64,000 bases of DNA, taken from Polyangia bacterium. GTDB taxonomy: Bacteria > Myxococcota_A > Polyangia > Fen-1088. How positions within the stretch are numbered: position 1 is the stretch's first letter; the number at the start of each line of letters is the position of its first letter. Under the pieces are notes generated by a model that saw only the letters and a program-made list of their open reading frames with translations, was not told where the DNA came from and did no database searches. Position numbers and translations under genes: made by a program. Below, one piece after another: positions 29,389 through 37,321 of the stretch. The DNA lies in the NCBI GenBank assembly GCA_036500205.1, contig DASYCK010000172.1, positions 3,967-67,966 of the forward strand, written 5' to 3'.

Positions 29389-31341
29389 TCACGACGGGCG
29401 CGCGTCGCCGCCCGCCGGAAGGTGCGCGCGATACTGTTGCCTGACCCAATCGTTTTCAAGCAGCGTACGCGCCTCGTCCAGCACGATGCGGATCTCGTCC
29501 AGCTCGGCGTGAAGCTCGGCGGCGACCGAGGGGTGCAGCGACTCCGCCGCGACCCCGGCGACGAGGACGTCGTGGGCGCGTCGGATCTCGTCCACGCCCG
29601 CGTCGCGGGACACCCCCAGCACCTGAAAATAGTCGCCGTCGACGACCAGGGCGTGTCGCGCCTGGACCAGCGCGCGATCGATCGCCTCGTCGCGATCGCT
29701 CACCGCCGCCGTCAACTCCTGGGCCGCGTCCGCCAGCGCCGGTTCGAGACGCTCGAGGACCGACAGCGTCCAGGCCAGGCTGCACACGGTCTCGAGCGGG
29801 AGCCCTGACGCGGCCGACACGGCGGCGAGGGTCCTCCGCCCATCGAACAGCAGCACGGCGCGGCGTTCGTCGTCGTCGAGGCCCATCTTCTCGACCAGCT
29901 CGGACAGCCCGCTCGCGTGACGCAGGCGGAACACGGCATCGGGACCGCCCAGCGCCTCGAACGTTCGCGAGGCGCCGTAGCCCAACCGGATGCCTTCGAG
30001 GATCAGCGTCGCCGGGTGCAGCGGCGACAGGACCTTCTCGGGCGCGCTGCTGCCATCGGTGCCCAGGTTCCACGAGCCGCGCTCCCAGGAGAACAGCGAA
30101 TACACGATCTCCTCGTGATGACGGCGCACGACGTCCCGGAGCTCGTGCGCGGGGATGAGGCCGTGATCGACGAGCACCAGTCCCAGCCGCCGCCCCGACG
30201 CCACCGCCTCGTCGCCGAACGCCGTGGCCTGCTCGGGCGTGAGGAGCCCGTCGCGCACCAGCATCGCCCCCATGCGATCCTCGACGTGCGTGGACGCGGC
30301 CAGCACGGGATGCCCGTGCTCGAAGACCACGTGCTTCTTGACCTTGCCAGCGCGCAACGTGAGCCGGCCCGACAGCCGCGCCAGGAACATCCGCGCCAGC
30401 AGCGACGGCAGATCCAGCTCGGTCTCGTCGTCCGCCGCCTTCGGCACCTGCGGCACCTCGCGCGTCTTCTGGCTGCTCTCGTCGGTCAGCTCGGTCAAGG
30501 CGTCGGGCGCCGGCTCGGGGGCTTCGATCAGCGCGGTCAACGCCTCCAGCGCGGCCGACGGCGACTTGGCGGCCGGGCGCGCTTGATCAGCCTTGCGCGC
30601 GCCGACCGCGCGGACGACGTCGCGCAGCTCGGCCGCCAGATCGGCGTCCATGTCGGCGTCGATGGTCTCGGCCAGGCGATCGAACGCCAGCGGTGCGCGG
30701 CGCGGCTTCGCCGACCAAGGGGACGACGGCGTCACCGACGGAGACGCCAGCGACGATCGCGCCGACGACTCCCCCTCGGCCGCCAGGCTCTCGGGAAGGG
30801 CGCCGCCCAGAACTTCCCGGGTCGGCAGCCCCGCGTCGGTGACGGGCCCCGATTCCCGCCCCGCCACCAGCGGTCGAAGCGCGCGCGACCGCCCCGAGCC
30901 GCCGCTCGGCGGACCGGGCACCGCTCCGGGCACGGGGCCCGAGCCCCGCTCCTGCGGCCCCGAGCCCGCCTCGTCGATCGCGCGCGGAACCGCGCCCATG
31001 GCGTTCCGCGCCTGCGCGATCAGATCGTCGGCGGCGATGGGGCGCACGAAGAAGCCGTCGGCCAGCGGCCGCAGCTGCGCCTCGTCCTCGGCCTCGCCCA
31101 CCAGCAGGATCGGAACACGACCGCGGGGCACCGAGCGGACCTTGGCCAGCGCCACCACCGGATCGGCGTTGATGACCTGGGGCTGCAGCACGATCACCTC
31201 GGGCCGCGTGGCGGTGATCCAGCCCGACAGGCTCTCGCCCGGCTCGACGGCCACCGCCTCGATCCCCGCCGACACGGCGGCGCGGCGGATGCGATCCGCC
31301 TCGTAGGGACCGGCGACGATGAGCAGCTTCACCGCATGCAA
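29389..31341 (-). CDS. multidomain protein: degenerate receiver-like domain, disordered linker, DUF4388-like domain, J-domain-like C-terminus
   Basis: The N-terminus has a CheY-like layout, but the phospho-acceptor position reads VIVLQ. The middle segment GRLTLRAGKVKKHVVFEHGHPVLAASTHVEDRMGAMLVRDGLLTPEQ resembles DUF4388. The C-terminal DYFQVLGVSRDAGVDEIRRAH is J-domain-like without a clear HPD. Confidence 0.55.
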   Translation of the reverse strand: MHAVKLLIVAGPYEADRIRRAAVSAGIEAVAVEPGESLSGWITATRPEVIVLQPQVINADPVVALAKVRSVPRGRVPILLVGEAEDEAQLRPLADGFFVRPIAADDLIAQARNAMGAVPRAIDEAGSGPQERGSGPVPGAVPGPPSGGSGRSRALRPLVAGRESGPVTDAGLPTREVLGGALPESLAAEGESSARSSLASPSVTPSSPWSAKPRRAPLAFDRLAETIDADMDADLAAELRDVVRAVGARKADQARPAAKSPSAALEALTALIEAPEPAPDALTELTDESSQKTREVPQVPKAADDETELDLPSLLARMFLARLSGRLTLRAGKVKKHVVFEHGHPVLAASTHVEDRMGAMLVRDGLLTPEQATAFGDEAVASGRRLGLVLVDHGLIPAHELRDVVRRHHEEIVYSLFSWERGSWNLGTDGSSAPEKVLSPLHPATLILEGIRLGYGASRTFEALGGPDAVFRLRHASGLSELVEKMGLDDDERRAVLLFDGRRTLAAVSAASGLPLETVCSLAWTLSVLERLEPALADAAQELTAAVSDRDEAIDRALVQARHALVVDGDYFQVLGVSRDAGVDEIRRAHDVLVAGVAAESLHPSVAAELHAELDEIRIVLDEARTLLENDWVRQQYRAHLPAGGDARPS

Positions 31342-31381
31342 TCTACCAAACCGGGCGCCTCGACGGTGGCGCGTCTGTCGA

Positions 31382-32224
31382 TCACCGCGCGGCGCGGGCC
31401 ATTTCCTCGGCGCGCAGGCGCGCGTTCGCCTCGGCGACGCGCGTGCGGGCCAGCCGCCGTTCCTCGCCGGTCATCGCCAGCCATGACGTACAGACGTAGC
31501 CGAGGTTCCAGAAGCAGAGCAGATCCCAGCCCGCGTGGCGGTCGAGGATGAGGGCCGCCGCCGTGGTCACGATGAACGCCGCGATGGCCAGCCGCACGAA
31601 AGGAAAGTTCGGCCGCAGCCCCCGGTGATGCTTGAAGGGAAGGTCCGACAGCTCGAGCCAGGCCAGCGCCGGGACCAGCACCACGCCGGCCCACAGGCAG
31701 AATGGCCAGCGCGCGACCAGGTGTGACTGGACGAAGCCGAGCACCACGAACGACGCGGCGGTCTGGGGGAGACCGATCCAGGCGAAGTCGACGTCGACCC
31801 GCCGCACGTTGCGCCGCGCGTAGCGGGCGCAGGCGGCCAGCACCAGCGCCGCCGCCAACGCCAGTCCCAGCGCCCGGCCGCCGGCGCTTCCCAGCCCGAG
31901 CGGCGCGCCGGCGTCGCGATAGGCGAGGTAGAGAATGAACGCGGGGGCCAGCGCCTGGGTGACGAAGTCGGCGGCGGTGTCGAACTCGGCGCCGAAGCGA
32001 TTCGCTTCGCCGAGCGCGCGCGCCACCTTGCCGTCGAACATGTCGGCGGCGTAGCCCAGCATCACGGCGTAGGCGGCGCGCGCCCGATCGCCGTCGATGC
32101 AGCAGCAGAGCGCCCACACGCCCCCCAGCGCGTTCAGTGAGGTGACGAGATCCTTCACGCCGAACATCCGCCGGGCACCGCGGGGGATGGTGACGAACGT
32201 GGTCTCTGTCTTCGACGGGGTCAT
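31382..32224 (-). CDS. CDP-alcohol phosphatidyltransferase family protein
   Basis: Complete D-x2-DG-x2-AR-x8-G-x3-D-x3-D motif (DMFDGKVARALGEANRFGAEFDTAAD). The remainder is polytopic. The ATG overlaps the kinase stop (ATGA at 32221-32224). The 662-aa track ORF is a read-through artefact. Confidence 0.85.
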   Translation of the reverse strand: MTPSKTETTFVTIPRGARRMFGVKDLVTSLNALGGVWALCCCIDGDRARAAYAVMLGYAADMFDGKVARALGEANRFGAEFDTAADFVTQALAPAFILYLAYRDAGAPLGLGSAGGRALGLALAAALVLAACARYARRNVRRVDVDFAWIGLPQTAASFVVLGFVQSHLVARWPFCLWAGVVLVPALAWLELSDLPFKHHRGLRPNFPFVRLAIAAFIVTTAAALILDRHAGWDLLCFWNLGYVCTSWLAMTGEERRLARTRVAEANARLRAEEMARAAR

Positions 32225-33234
32225 GGGCGTTCTCCTGTCAGGTCGTCGAGTGCGTTCGGTGAACGGAGCAGCGCCGCCAGACCGTCGACCCCGGCCGCGA
32301 TCAGCGGGCGGTGCCCGGCGTGGGGGCGCCGGTACCAGTCGCGCCAGGCGTGGTCGACGACCAGCTTCACGAAGCGCGACGTCACCAGCGACGGCAGCGC
32401 CGCCCGCTCGGCGGCGGTCGGCGCGACGATCTCGCTCCAGCCCGCCCACAGGGCGGCGCAGCTGTCGTGCAGGATGCGGCGTCCCCCGAATCCCAGGTGA
32501 CAGAGCGTGACCGCCAGGTCGGCGACCCGCGCGCTCGTCACCACGTCGCCGAGGTCGAGCAGCCCGGTCAGTCGGCCCGAGGTCGCCTCGTGCAACAGGT
32601 TCTGGGCCGACACGTCGCCGTGAATGAGCTGTCGGGGCAGCGCCCGCCAGAGCCGCGCGATCCCCGGCGTGTCGACCCTGTCGAACGCGCTGGTGATCGC
32701 CGGCCAAGGAATGGCGACCCCGGCCGCAGGCGCACGGGCCCGCTCGTCGCGAAGGAGCCGGGTCAGGCGACGGCGCGTCTCGCCGAGGCTGGTCAGCTCG
32801 TGCGGAGGCGAAGGCATCGCGTCGATCGGGAGACGCGCCAGCGCACGATCGACCCGTCCGACGAGATCGCCGATGGCGCGGGCTGACTGGACGTTCGGTG
32901 GGCGCCCCTCGAAGTCGACCCCTTCGAGGAACGACAGCACGGTGGCAGGCTGTCCCCAGGCACGGGCCACCCGGCGCCCGCGGCGAGCAGGGTGAAGGCG
33001 CGGCACCGGAAGCGACGCGGCCCCCAGATGCTCCAGGATCGCGGCCTGACGCTGGACGGCGGCGAAGGAACGGCCCCCATGGACCTGCAGCACCCAGCGC
33101 GCGCCGCCGCTGACGAAAAAGATGTTGGTGTTTTCGACACCTTTGGTCGCAACCTGACACTCGCCTTCGACGGCGAGGTCCCAGGATCGCAGGACGGCGC
33201 CGAGGGCCGGGCGGGACAGCGCGGGGATCGCCAT
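32221..33234 (-). CDS. APH/choline-kinase-type phosphotransferase (small-molecule kinase)
   Basis: Brenner/catalytic motif LIHGDVSAQNLL and LLDLGD. N-terminal nucleotide-binding lobe (NTNIFFVSGGARWVLQVHGG). ATG 33234 is preferred. TTG 33252 is an alternative. Confidence 0.8.
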   Translation of the reverse strand: MAIPALSRPALGAVLRSWDLAVEGECQVATKGVENTNIFFVSGGARWVLQVHGGRSFAAVQRQAAILEHLGAASLPVPRLHPARRGRRVARAWGQPATVLSFLEGVDFEGRPPNVQSARAIGDLVGRVDRALARLPIDAMPSPPHELTSLGETRRRLTRLLRDERARAPAAGVAIPWPAITSAFDRVDTPGIARLWRALPRQLIHGDVSAQNLLHEATSGRLTGLLDLGDVVTSARVADLAVTLCHLGFGGRRILHDSCAALWAGWSEIVAPTAAERAALPSLVTSRFVKLVVDHAWRDWYRRPHAGHRPLIAAGVDGLAALLRSPNALDDLTGERP

Positions 33235-33308
33235 GTCGAGGCGCGACTGCAATCACGATGCCCCCGTCAAAAAAGCGAGGGCACGCCGAATGCACCCGGC
33301 GATCGGTC

Positions 33309-34052
33309 ATGACGAACGTGCTCACGACTCTCGGCAACCAGCCCTGGCGCGCCGCCACCGGGCGCCCCACCTACGCGGCGTCGCTGCTGGGGCGGCGCGA
33401 CGTGGCGGTGTTGTTCGATTTCAACGGCGTCTTGATCGATGACGAGCCGATTCACTTCCAGGCCTTCCGCCGGGTGCTGGCCGCCGACGGTCACCTGCTG
33501 CGGCCCGAGGACTACCGCCGTTACCTCGGTCTGGACGATCGCGGAACGTTCCTGACGTTGCTGACCGAGCAGGGCGCGGACATCGACGCGGAGCTGCTCG
33601 ACGACTGGATCGCCACCAAGCAGCGGCTCTACGCCGAGCTCACGCAAGACGGGGTGCATCTGTTCCCGGGCGCCCGCGAGCTGATCGTCGCGCTCGATCG
33701 GGCCGGGGTGGCGCTGGCGATCGTCTCGGGGGCGCGCCGCGCCGAGATCGAGCGGGCGCTGGAGACCGCCGGCCTCGCCGCCTGTTTCTCGGTGGTGATC
33801 GCCGCCGACAGCGTCGCCCGCCCGAAGCCGGATCCCGAGGGATACCGCGCGGCGTTCGACCTGCTGGCGGCGCGGTTCCCCCGTGTCACCACGGGCGTCG
33901 CCATCGAGGACGCCCCCGCCGGCATCCACGCCGCGCGGGCCGCCGGGCTCGCCTGCATCGGCGTCACCACGAGCTGCACGCCCCACGAGCTGCGCGGGGC
34001 CGACCGGGTGGTCGACTCCCTGCGACAGCTCCGGCTGGTGGAGGCGACATGA
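33309..34052 (+). CDS. HAD-superfamily hydrolase (beta-phosphoglucomutase/phosphatase-like, subfamily IA)
   Basis: Motif I VLFDFNGVLID, motif II IVSGA, motif IV VAIEDAPAGIHAARAAG. The start is uncertain (ATG 33309 or GTG 33402). Confidence 0.8.
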   Translation: MTNVLTTLGNQPWRAATGRPTYAASLLGRRDVAVLFDFNGVLIDDEPIHFQAFRRVLAADGHLLRPEDYRRYLGLDDRGTFLTLLTEQGADIDAELLDDWIATKQRLYAELTQDGVHLFPGARELIVALDRAGVALAIVSGARRAEIERALETAGLAACFSVVIAADSVARPKPDPEGYRAAFDLLAARFPRVTTGVAIEDAPAGIHAARAAGLACIGVTTSCTPHELRGADRVVDSLRQLRLVEAT

Positions 34053-35170
34053 CGGCCCCGCCACGTCTTCCGGTGCTGTTCACGCCGGGGCCCGTGCAAG
34101 TGCCCGCGGCCGTCCGGCGCGCCTTCGTCGAGCCGCCGTGCAACTACCATCGTCAGGGCGCCTTCGGCGAGCTGTTCGCGCGCAACGAGCGCGACGTGAA
34201 GGCGTTGCTGGGCATTCGCGCGCTCGACGCGTACGCATCCGTGGTACTGGCCACCACCGGCACCGGCGCGAACGAGGCCTGTCTGCAGACCCTGGCGACG
34301 TTCGGCAAGGGGCTGATCCTGAACAACGGGTTCTTTGGCGCGCGCCTGTGCGAGCAGGCGCGCCGCACCGACCTCGCGCACGTCGTCTTCGACGGGCCGG
34401 CTGACCGCCCCCTCGACGTGGCCGATGTCGAGCGAACGCTGGCCCGTCACGCTGGCCTCGCCTGGCTCTATTTCGTCGCGCACGAGACCCGGGCCGGCCT
34501 GGCGAATCCCGTCGAGGCGCTGGGCCGGCTGGGGCGACGGCACGCGCTGGTCGTCGCGGCCGACGTGGTTTCGAACGCCCACGCCTATCCGCTCGACGTC
34601 GAGCGGGCCGGGCTCGACTTCGCCGTCCTGTCGTCGGCCAAGGGGCTGATGAGCGTGCCGGGCCTCGGCATCGTGCTGGCGCGAAACCAGACCATCGCGC
34701 GCGCCGCCGCCCGCCCTCGGCGCGCCTTCTATCTCGATCTCCCCGACGAGTGGGCGAAGCAGCGCGACACCCGGCAACCCCGCTTCGCCCAGCCGGTGGC
34801 GCTGCACGCGGCGCTGGGCGCCGCCTGCCAGCATCTGACCACGCTCGGTCTCGAGGCGCACATGGGGCGCATCCGCCGGCAGCTGCGCGAGCTGGAGATG
34901 CACCTGCTGAGCCTGGGGGTGTCGGCGTTGCTCACCCCCGCGCATCGCTCGAACGTGGCGGTGAATTTTCGATTGCCGCCCCGCCTGGACTACGCGACCT
35001 TCGCGCGCCGCCTGGAACAGCAGGGGTACTACGTTCTCTACGGAATCCCCGGCGATGCCTCGATGTTTCAGCTCAGCACGATGGGCGACCTCACCGACGC
35101 GCACGTCTCCGGCCTGAAGGTGGCCCTCGACCGCGTGCTCGGTGACGACCTGACGAAGGAGGCCTCGTGA
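34049..35170 (+). CDS. class V pyridoxal-phosphate aminotransferase (AGXT/serine-pyruvate/PhnW-like)
   Basis: LFTPGPVQVP, TTGTGANEA, and a PLP-lysine region SSAKGLMSVPGLG. The ATG overlaps the HAD stop (ATGA). Confidence 0.8.
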   Translation: MTAPPRLPVLFTPGPVQVPAAVRRAFVEPPCNYHRQGAFGELFARNERDVKALLGIRALDAYASVVLATTGTGANEACLQTLATFGKGLILNNGFFGARLCEQARRTDLAHVVFDGPADRPLDVADVERTLARHAGLAWLYFVAHETRAGLANPVEALGRLGRRHALVVAADVVSNAHAYPLDVERAGLDFAVLSSAKGLMSVPGLGIVLARNQTIARAAARPRRAFYLDLPDEWAKQRDTRQPRFAQPVALHAALGAACQHLTTLGLEAHMGRIRRQLRELEMHLLSLGVSALLTPAHRSNVAVNFRLPPRLDYATFARRLEQQGYYVLYGIPGDASMFQLSTMGDLTDAHVSGLKVALDRVLGDDLTKEAS

Positions 35171-35655
35171 TCGAGGATCTCGGCAGCCATCAGGGGAAAG
35201 CGATCGCCTTCGGCTACGACCGGCACGCCCTGCCCGAGCTGGAGGCGTACGCGCGGATGCTGGCGGAGGCCGGACCGGTGGAGAGCGCCGTCGATCGCGG
35301 GCGGCTGCACTACCTGACCTCGGCGGAGCGGGTCTGCGCGCGTCTGGGGCGGTCGCCCGCGGCGGTCGGTGTGCTGCTGTGCGCGACCGGCCTCGGCGTG
35401 TGCATCGCCGCCAACAAGTTCAGGGGCGTCTACGCGGCCCGCTGTCTCAGCGTCGCCGACGCGCGCGCCGCCCGCGCCATCAACAACGCCAACGTCGTCT
35501 GCCTGGCGCTGACGTCATCGGTGGCCCTCAACCGCGCCATCGTCGAGGCATTCCTGGCCACGCCCTATGACGGGCGGAAGCTGGACGAGCTCGTCTATCT
35601 GCGCCACCTCGAAGGCGACGACGACACGCCCGGCCGCCTCACCTCTTCCGGCTGA
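35167..35655 (+). CDS. RpiB/LacA/LacB-family sugar-phosphate isomerase
   Basis: GVLLCATGLGVCIAANKFRGVYAARC and ARAINNANVVCLA. The GTG start overlaps the aminotransferase stop (GTGA). Confidence 0.75.
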   Translation: MIEDLGSHQGKAIAFGYDRHALPELEAYARMLAEAGPVESAVDRGRLHYLTSAERVCARLGRSPAAVGVLLCATGLGVCIAANKFRGVYAARCLSVADARAARAINNANVVCLALTSSVALNRAIVEAFLATPYDGRKLDELVYLRHLEGDDDTPGRLTSSG

Positions 35656-36154
35656 GCGCTTCGCCGAGCACGAGCCGTTCGAACGGCCGCTTGAGCCGGG
35701 TCAGCCACCCTTCACCACCCCGCTCCCGCGCCGTGGAGCGAACGAGGATCGTCCTCACCCCGACCCGGCGGCCACCCAGCACATCCGTGAACAGCTGATC
35801 GCCGACCAGCGCGACGTTCGCATCCGGAAGAGCCAGCACGCGTAGCGCCGCGCGCAACCCGCCGGTCATCGGCTTTCGCGCGCGGCACACGAATGGCAGC
35901 GGCGGCTCGAACGTCCCCGTCACGCTGACGACGCGCCGCCGCCCGCTGTTCGACACGACACAAACGCCGATGCCGGCAGCGCGCAGCGTGCCGAGCCAGG
36001 CCCGAATGTCCGGCGCGCAAACGCGCGCGCGATCGTCGACCAGCGTGTCGTCGAGATCCACCAGCAGCCCCCGCACGCCTTCCCTCGCCAGCCAGTCCAG
36101 GGAGAGCTCACATACCGATTCAATCCGGTGAACGGGCCTCAGGCATTCGAGCAT
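35639..36154 (-). CDS. YqeG-family HAD-IIIA phosphatase (GEP4/PGP-phosphatase-like)
   Basis: VDLDDTL, VSNSG, RKP and VGDQLFTDVLGG are present. ATG 36154 is preferred over the TTG 36172 of the track. Confidence 0.8.
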   Translation of the reverse strand: MLECLRPVHRIESVCELSLDWLAREGVRGLLVDLDDTLVDDRARVCAPDIRAWLGTLRAAGIGVCVVSNSGRRRVVSVTGTFEPPLPFVCRARKPMTGGLRAALRVLALPDANVALVGDQLFTDVLGGRRVGVRTILVRSTARERGGEGWLTRLKRPFERLVLGEALSRKR

Positions 36155-36168
36155 GCCGTCAATCGTCT

Positions 36169-36248
36169 GCAATCCGCCTGCCCGGTCAGCAATCCGCCTG
36201 CCCGGTCAGCAATCCGCCTGCCCGCGTGCAGTCCGCCTGCCCGCTCGG
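36169..36248 (-). repeat. tandem 20-bp direct repeat (2 perfect + 2 degenerate units), each unit sigma-54 -24/-12-like on the minus strand
   Basis: GCAATCCGCCTGCCCGGTCA occurs twice (36169-36208), followed by GCAATCCGCCTGCCCGCGT and GCAGTCCGCCTGCCCGCTCGG. The minus strand of each unit reads GGGCAGG-CGGA-TTGCT (10/12 to consensus). The array fills the gap between the TPR stop (36250) and the yqeG-like start. Confidence 0.8.
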
Positions 36249-36249
36249 A

Positions 36250-37308
36250 TCACTTCCCCTTCACGCAGGACTTGGCAATCGCGACGGCTTGGGCCTTGGC
36301 CTCCGGCTTCACGCCGGCCAGGGCCGCAAACCGGTCCAGCTCCTTGCGGGCGGCCGGGCAGTCGCCCTTGGCGACCAGGACCTTGCCCAGCTCGTACGAC
36401 GCCAGCGCGTTCTTCGCGTCGAGCGCCACGGCCGCCCGACACTCCGTGACGGCGTGCGCGGTGTCCCGCTTCTCGACCAGGGCGTGACACAGATCGGCCG
36501 CGTAGGCGGCGTTCTTCGGCTCCAGCTTGCGCGCGTGCTCGGAGGCCTCGACCGCGCGCTCCACCTGCTTGCGCCGCAGCGCCACCCGCCCCAGGCGGTT
36601 CCAGGCCAGCGCCGAGTCGTCCTTCAGCTTGACCGCCTTCTCGAGCGCGTCGGCCGCAGCGTCGTACGCCTTCGCGTCCGACTGGAGCATGCCGAGGTTG
36701 GTCCACATCATCGCGTCCTTCGGCGCCAGCCGGGTCGCCTCCTTCAGCGACGCCAGCGCCCCCTCGACGTCTCCCTGCTTGCGCAGCGCCACGCCCAGGT
36801 TCAGACGGTACGCGGCGTCGGCCGGCTTCTGCCGCACGGCCTCGCGATAGGCGGCGACCGCTTGCGGCCCCTTGCCCTCCGCGTCGCGCGCCACGCCGAG
36901 GTTGAACTCGGCCTCGGGGTACGCGGGCTTCGCATGAACCGCCGCCTCGAACTCCCGCGCCGCCTCGGAGGCGCTGGCGCTCCCCTTGGCCAGCAGCAAC
37001 GCCCCCAGGTTGTTGTGCGCCTCGGCGAAGTCACCCTTCAGCCCCAGCGCCTTGCGATAGGCCGCCTCGGCCCCCGCCGCATCGCCCTTCTTTTCCAGGG
37101 CCACGCCACGCAGGTAGGGCGGGCGCGGGTCGGCGGGATCCGCCTTCGCCGCCCCCTCGAACGCCTTGAGCGCGCCCGGGGTGTCCCCCTCCTTGAACAG
37201 CTCGGTCCCTTTTTCCAGCAGTGGCGTCGCCGGACTGGGTTTGCCACCGCCGCCGCCGAGCGGCTCGGGGGGGGAAAGCAGCATCAGGAACAGCGTCAGC
37301 GTTCGCAT
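36250..37308 (-). CDS. tetratricopeptide-repeat protein, secreted
   Basis: Signal MRTLTLFLMLLS. About 8 TPR units follow (AEAAYRKALGLKGDFAEAHNNLG..., AYREAVRQKPADAAYRLNLG...). Confidence 0.8.
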   Translation of the reverse strand: MRTLTLFLMLLSPPEPLGGGGGKPSPATPLLEKGTELFKEGDTPGALKAFEGAAKADPADPRPPYLRGVALEKKGDAAGAEAAYRKALGLKGDFAEAHNNLGALLLAKGSASASEAAREFEAAVHAKPAYPEAEFNLGVARDAEGKGPQAVAAYREAVRQKPADAAYRLNLGVALRKQGDVEGALASLKEATRLAPKDAMMWTNLGMLQSDAKAYDAAADALEKAVKLKDDSALAWNRLGRVALRRKQVERAVEASEHARKLEPKNAAYAADLCHALVEKRDTAHAVTECRAAVALDAKNALASYELGKVLVAKGDCPAARKELDRFAALAGVKPEAKAQAVAIAKSCVKGK

Positions 37309-37321
37309 GCGCGGGAGTGTC

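Noticed and set aside
31382-33370. Single 662-aa ORF in the track spanning the transferase and kinase region.
   Set aside because: Only the C-terminal 280 aa (from ATG 32224) look like a real protein, the CDP-alcohol phosphatidyltransferase. The N-terminal part is an Arg/Pro-rich out-of-frame read through the kinase gene, which is coded in another frame (32221-33234).
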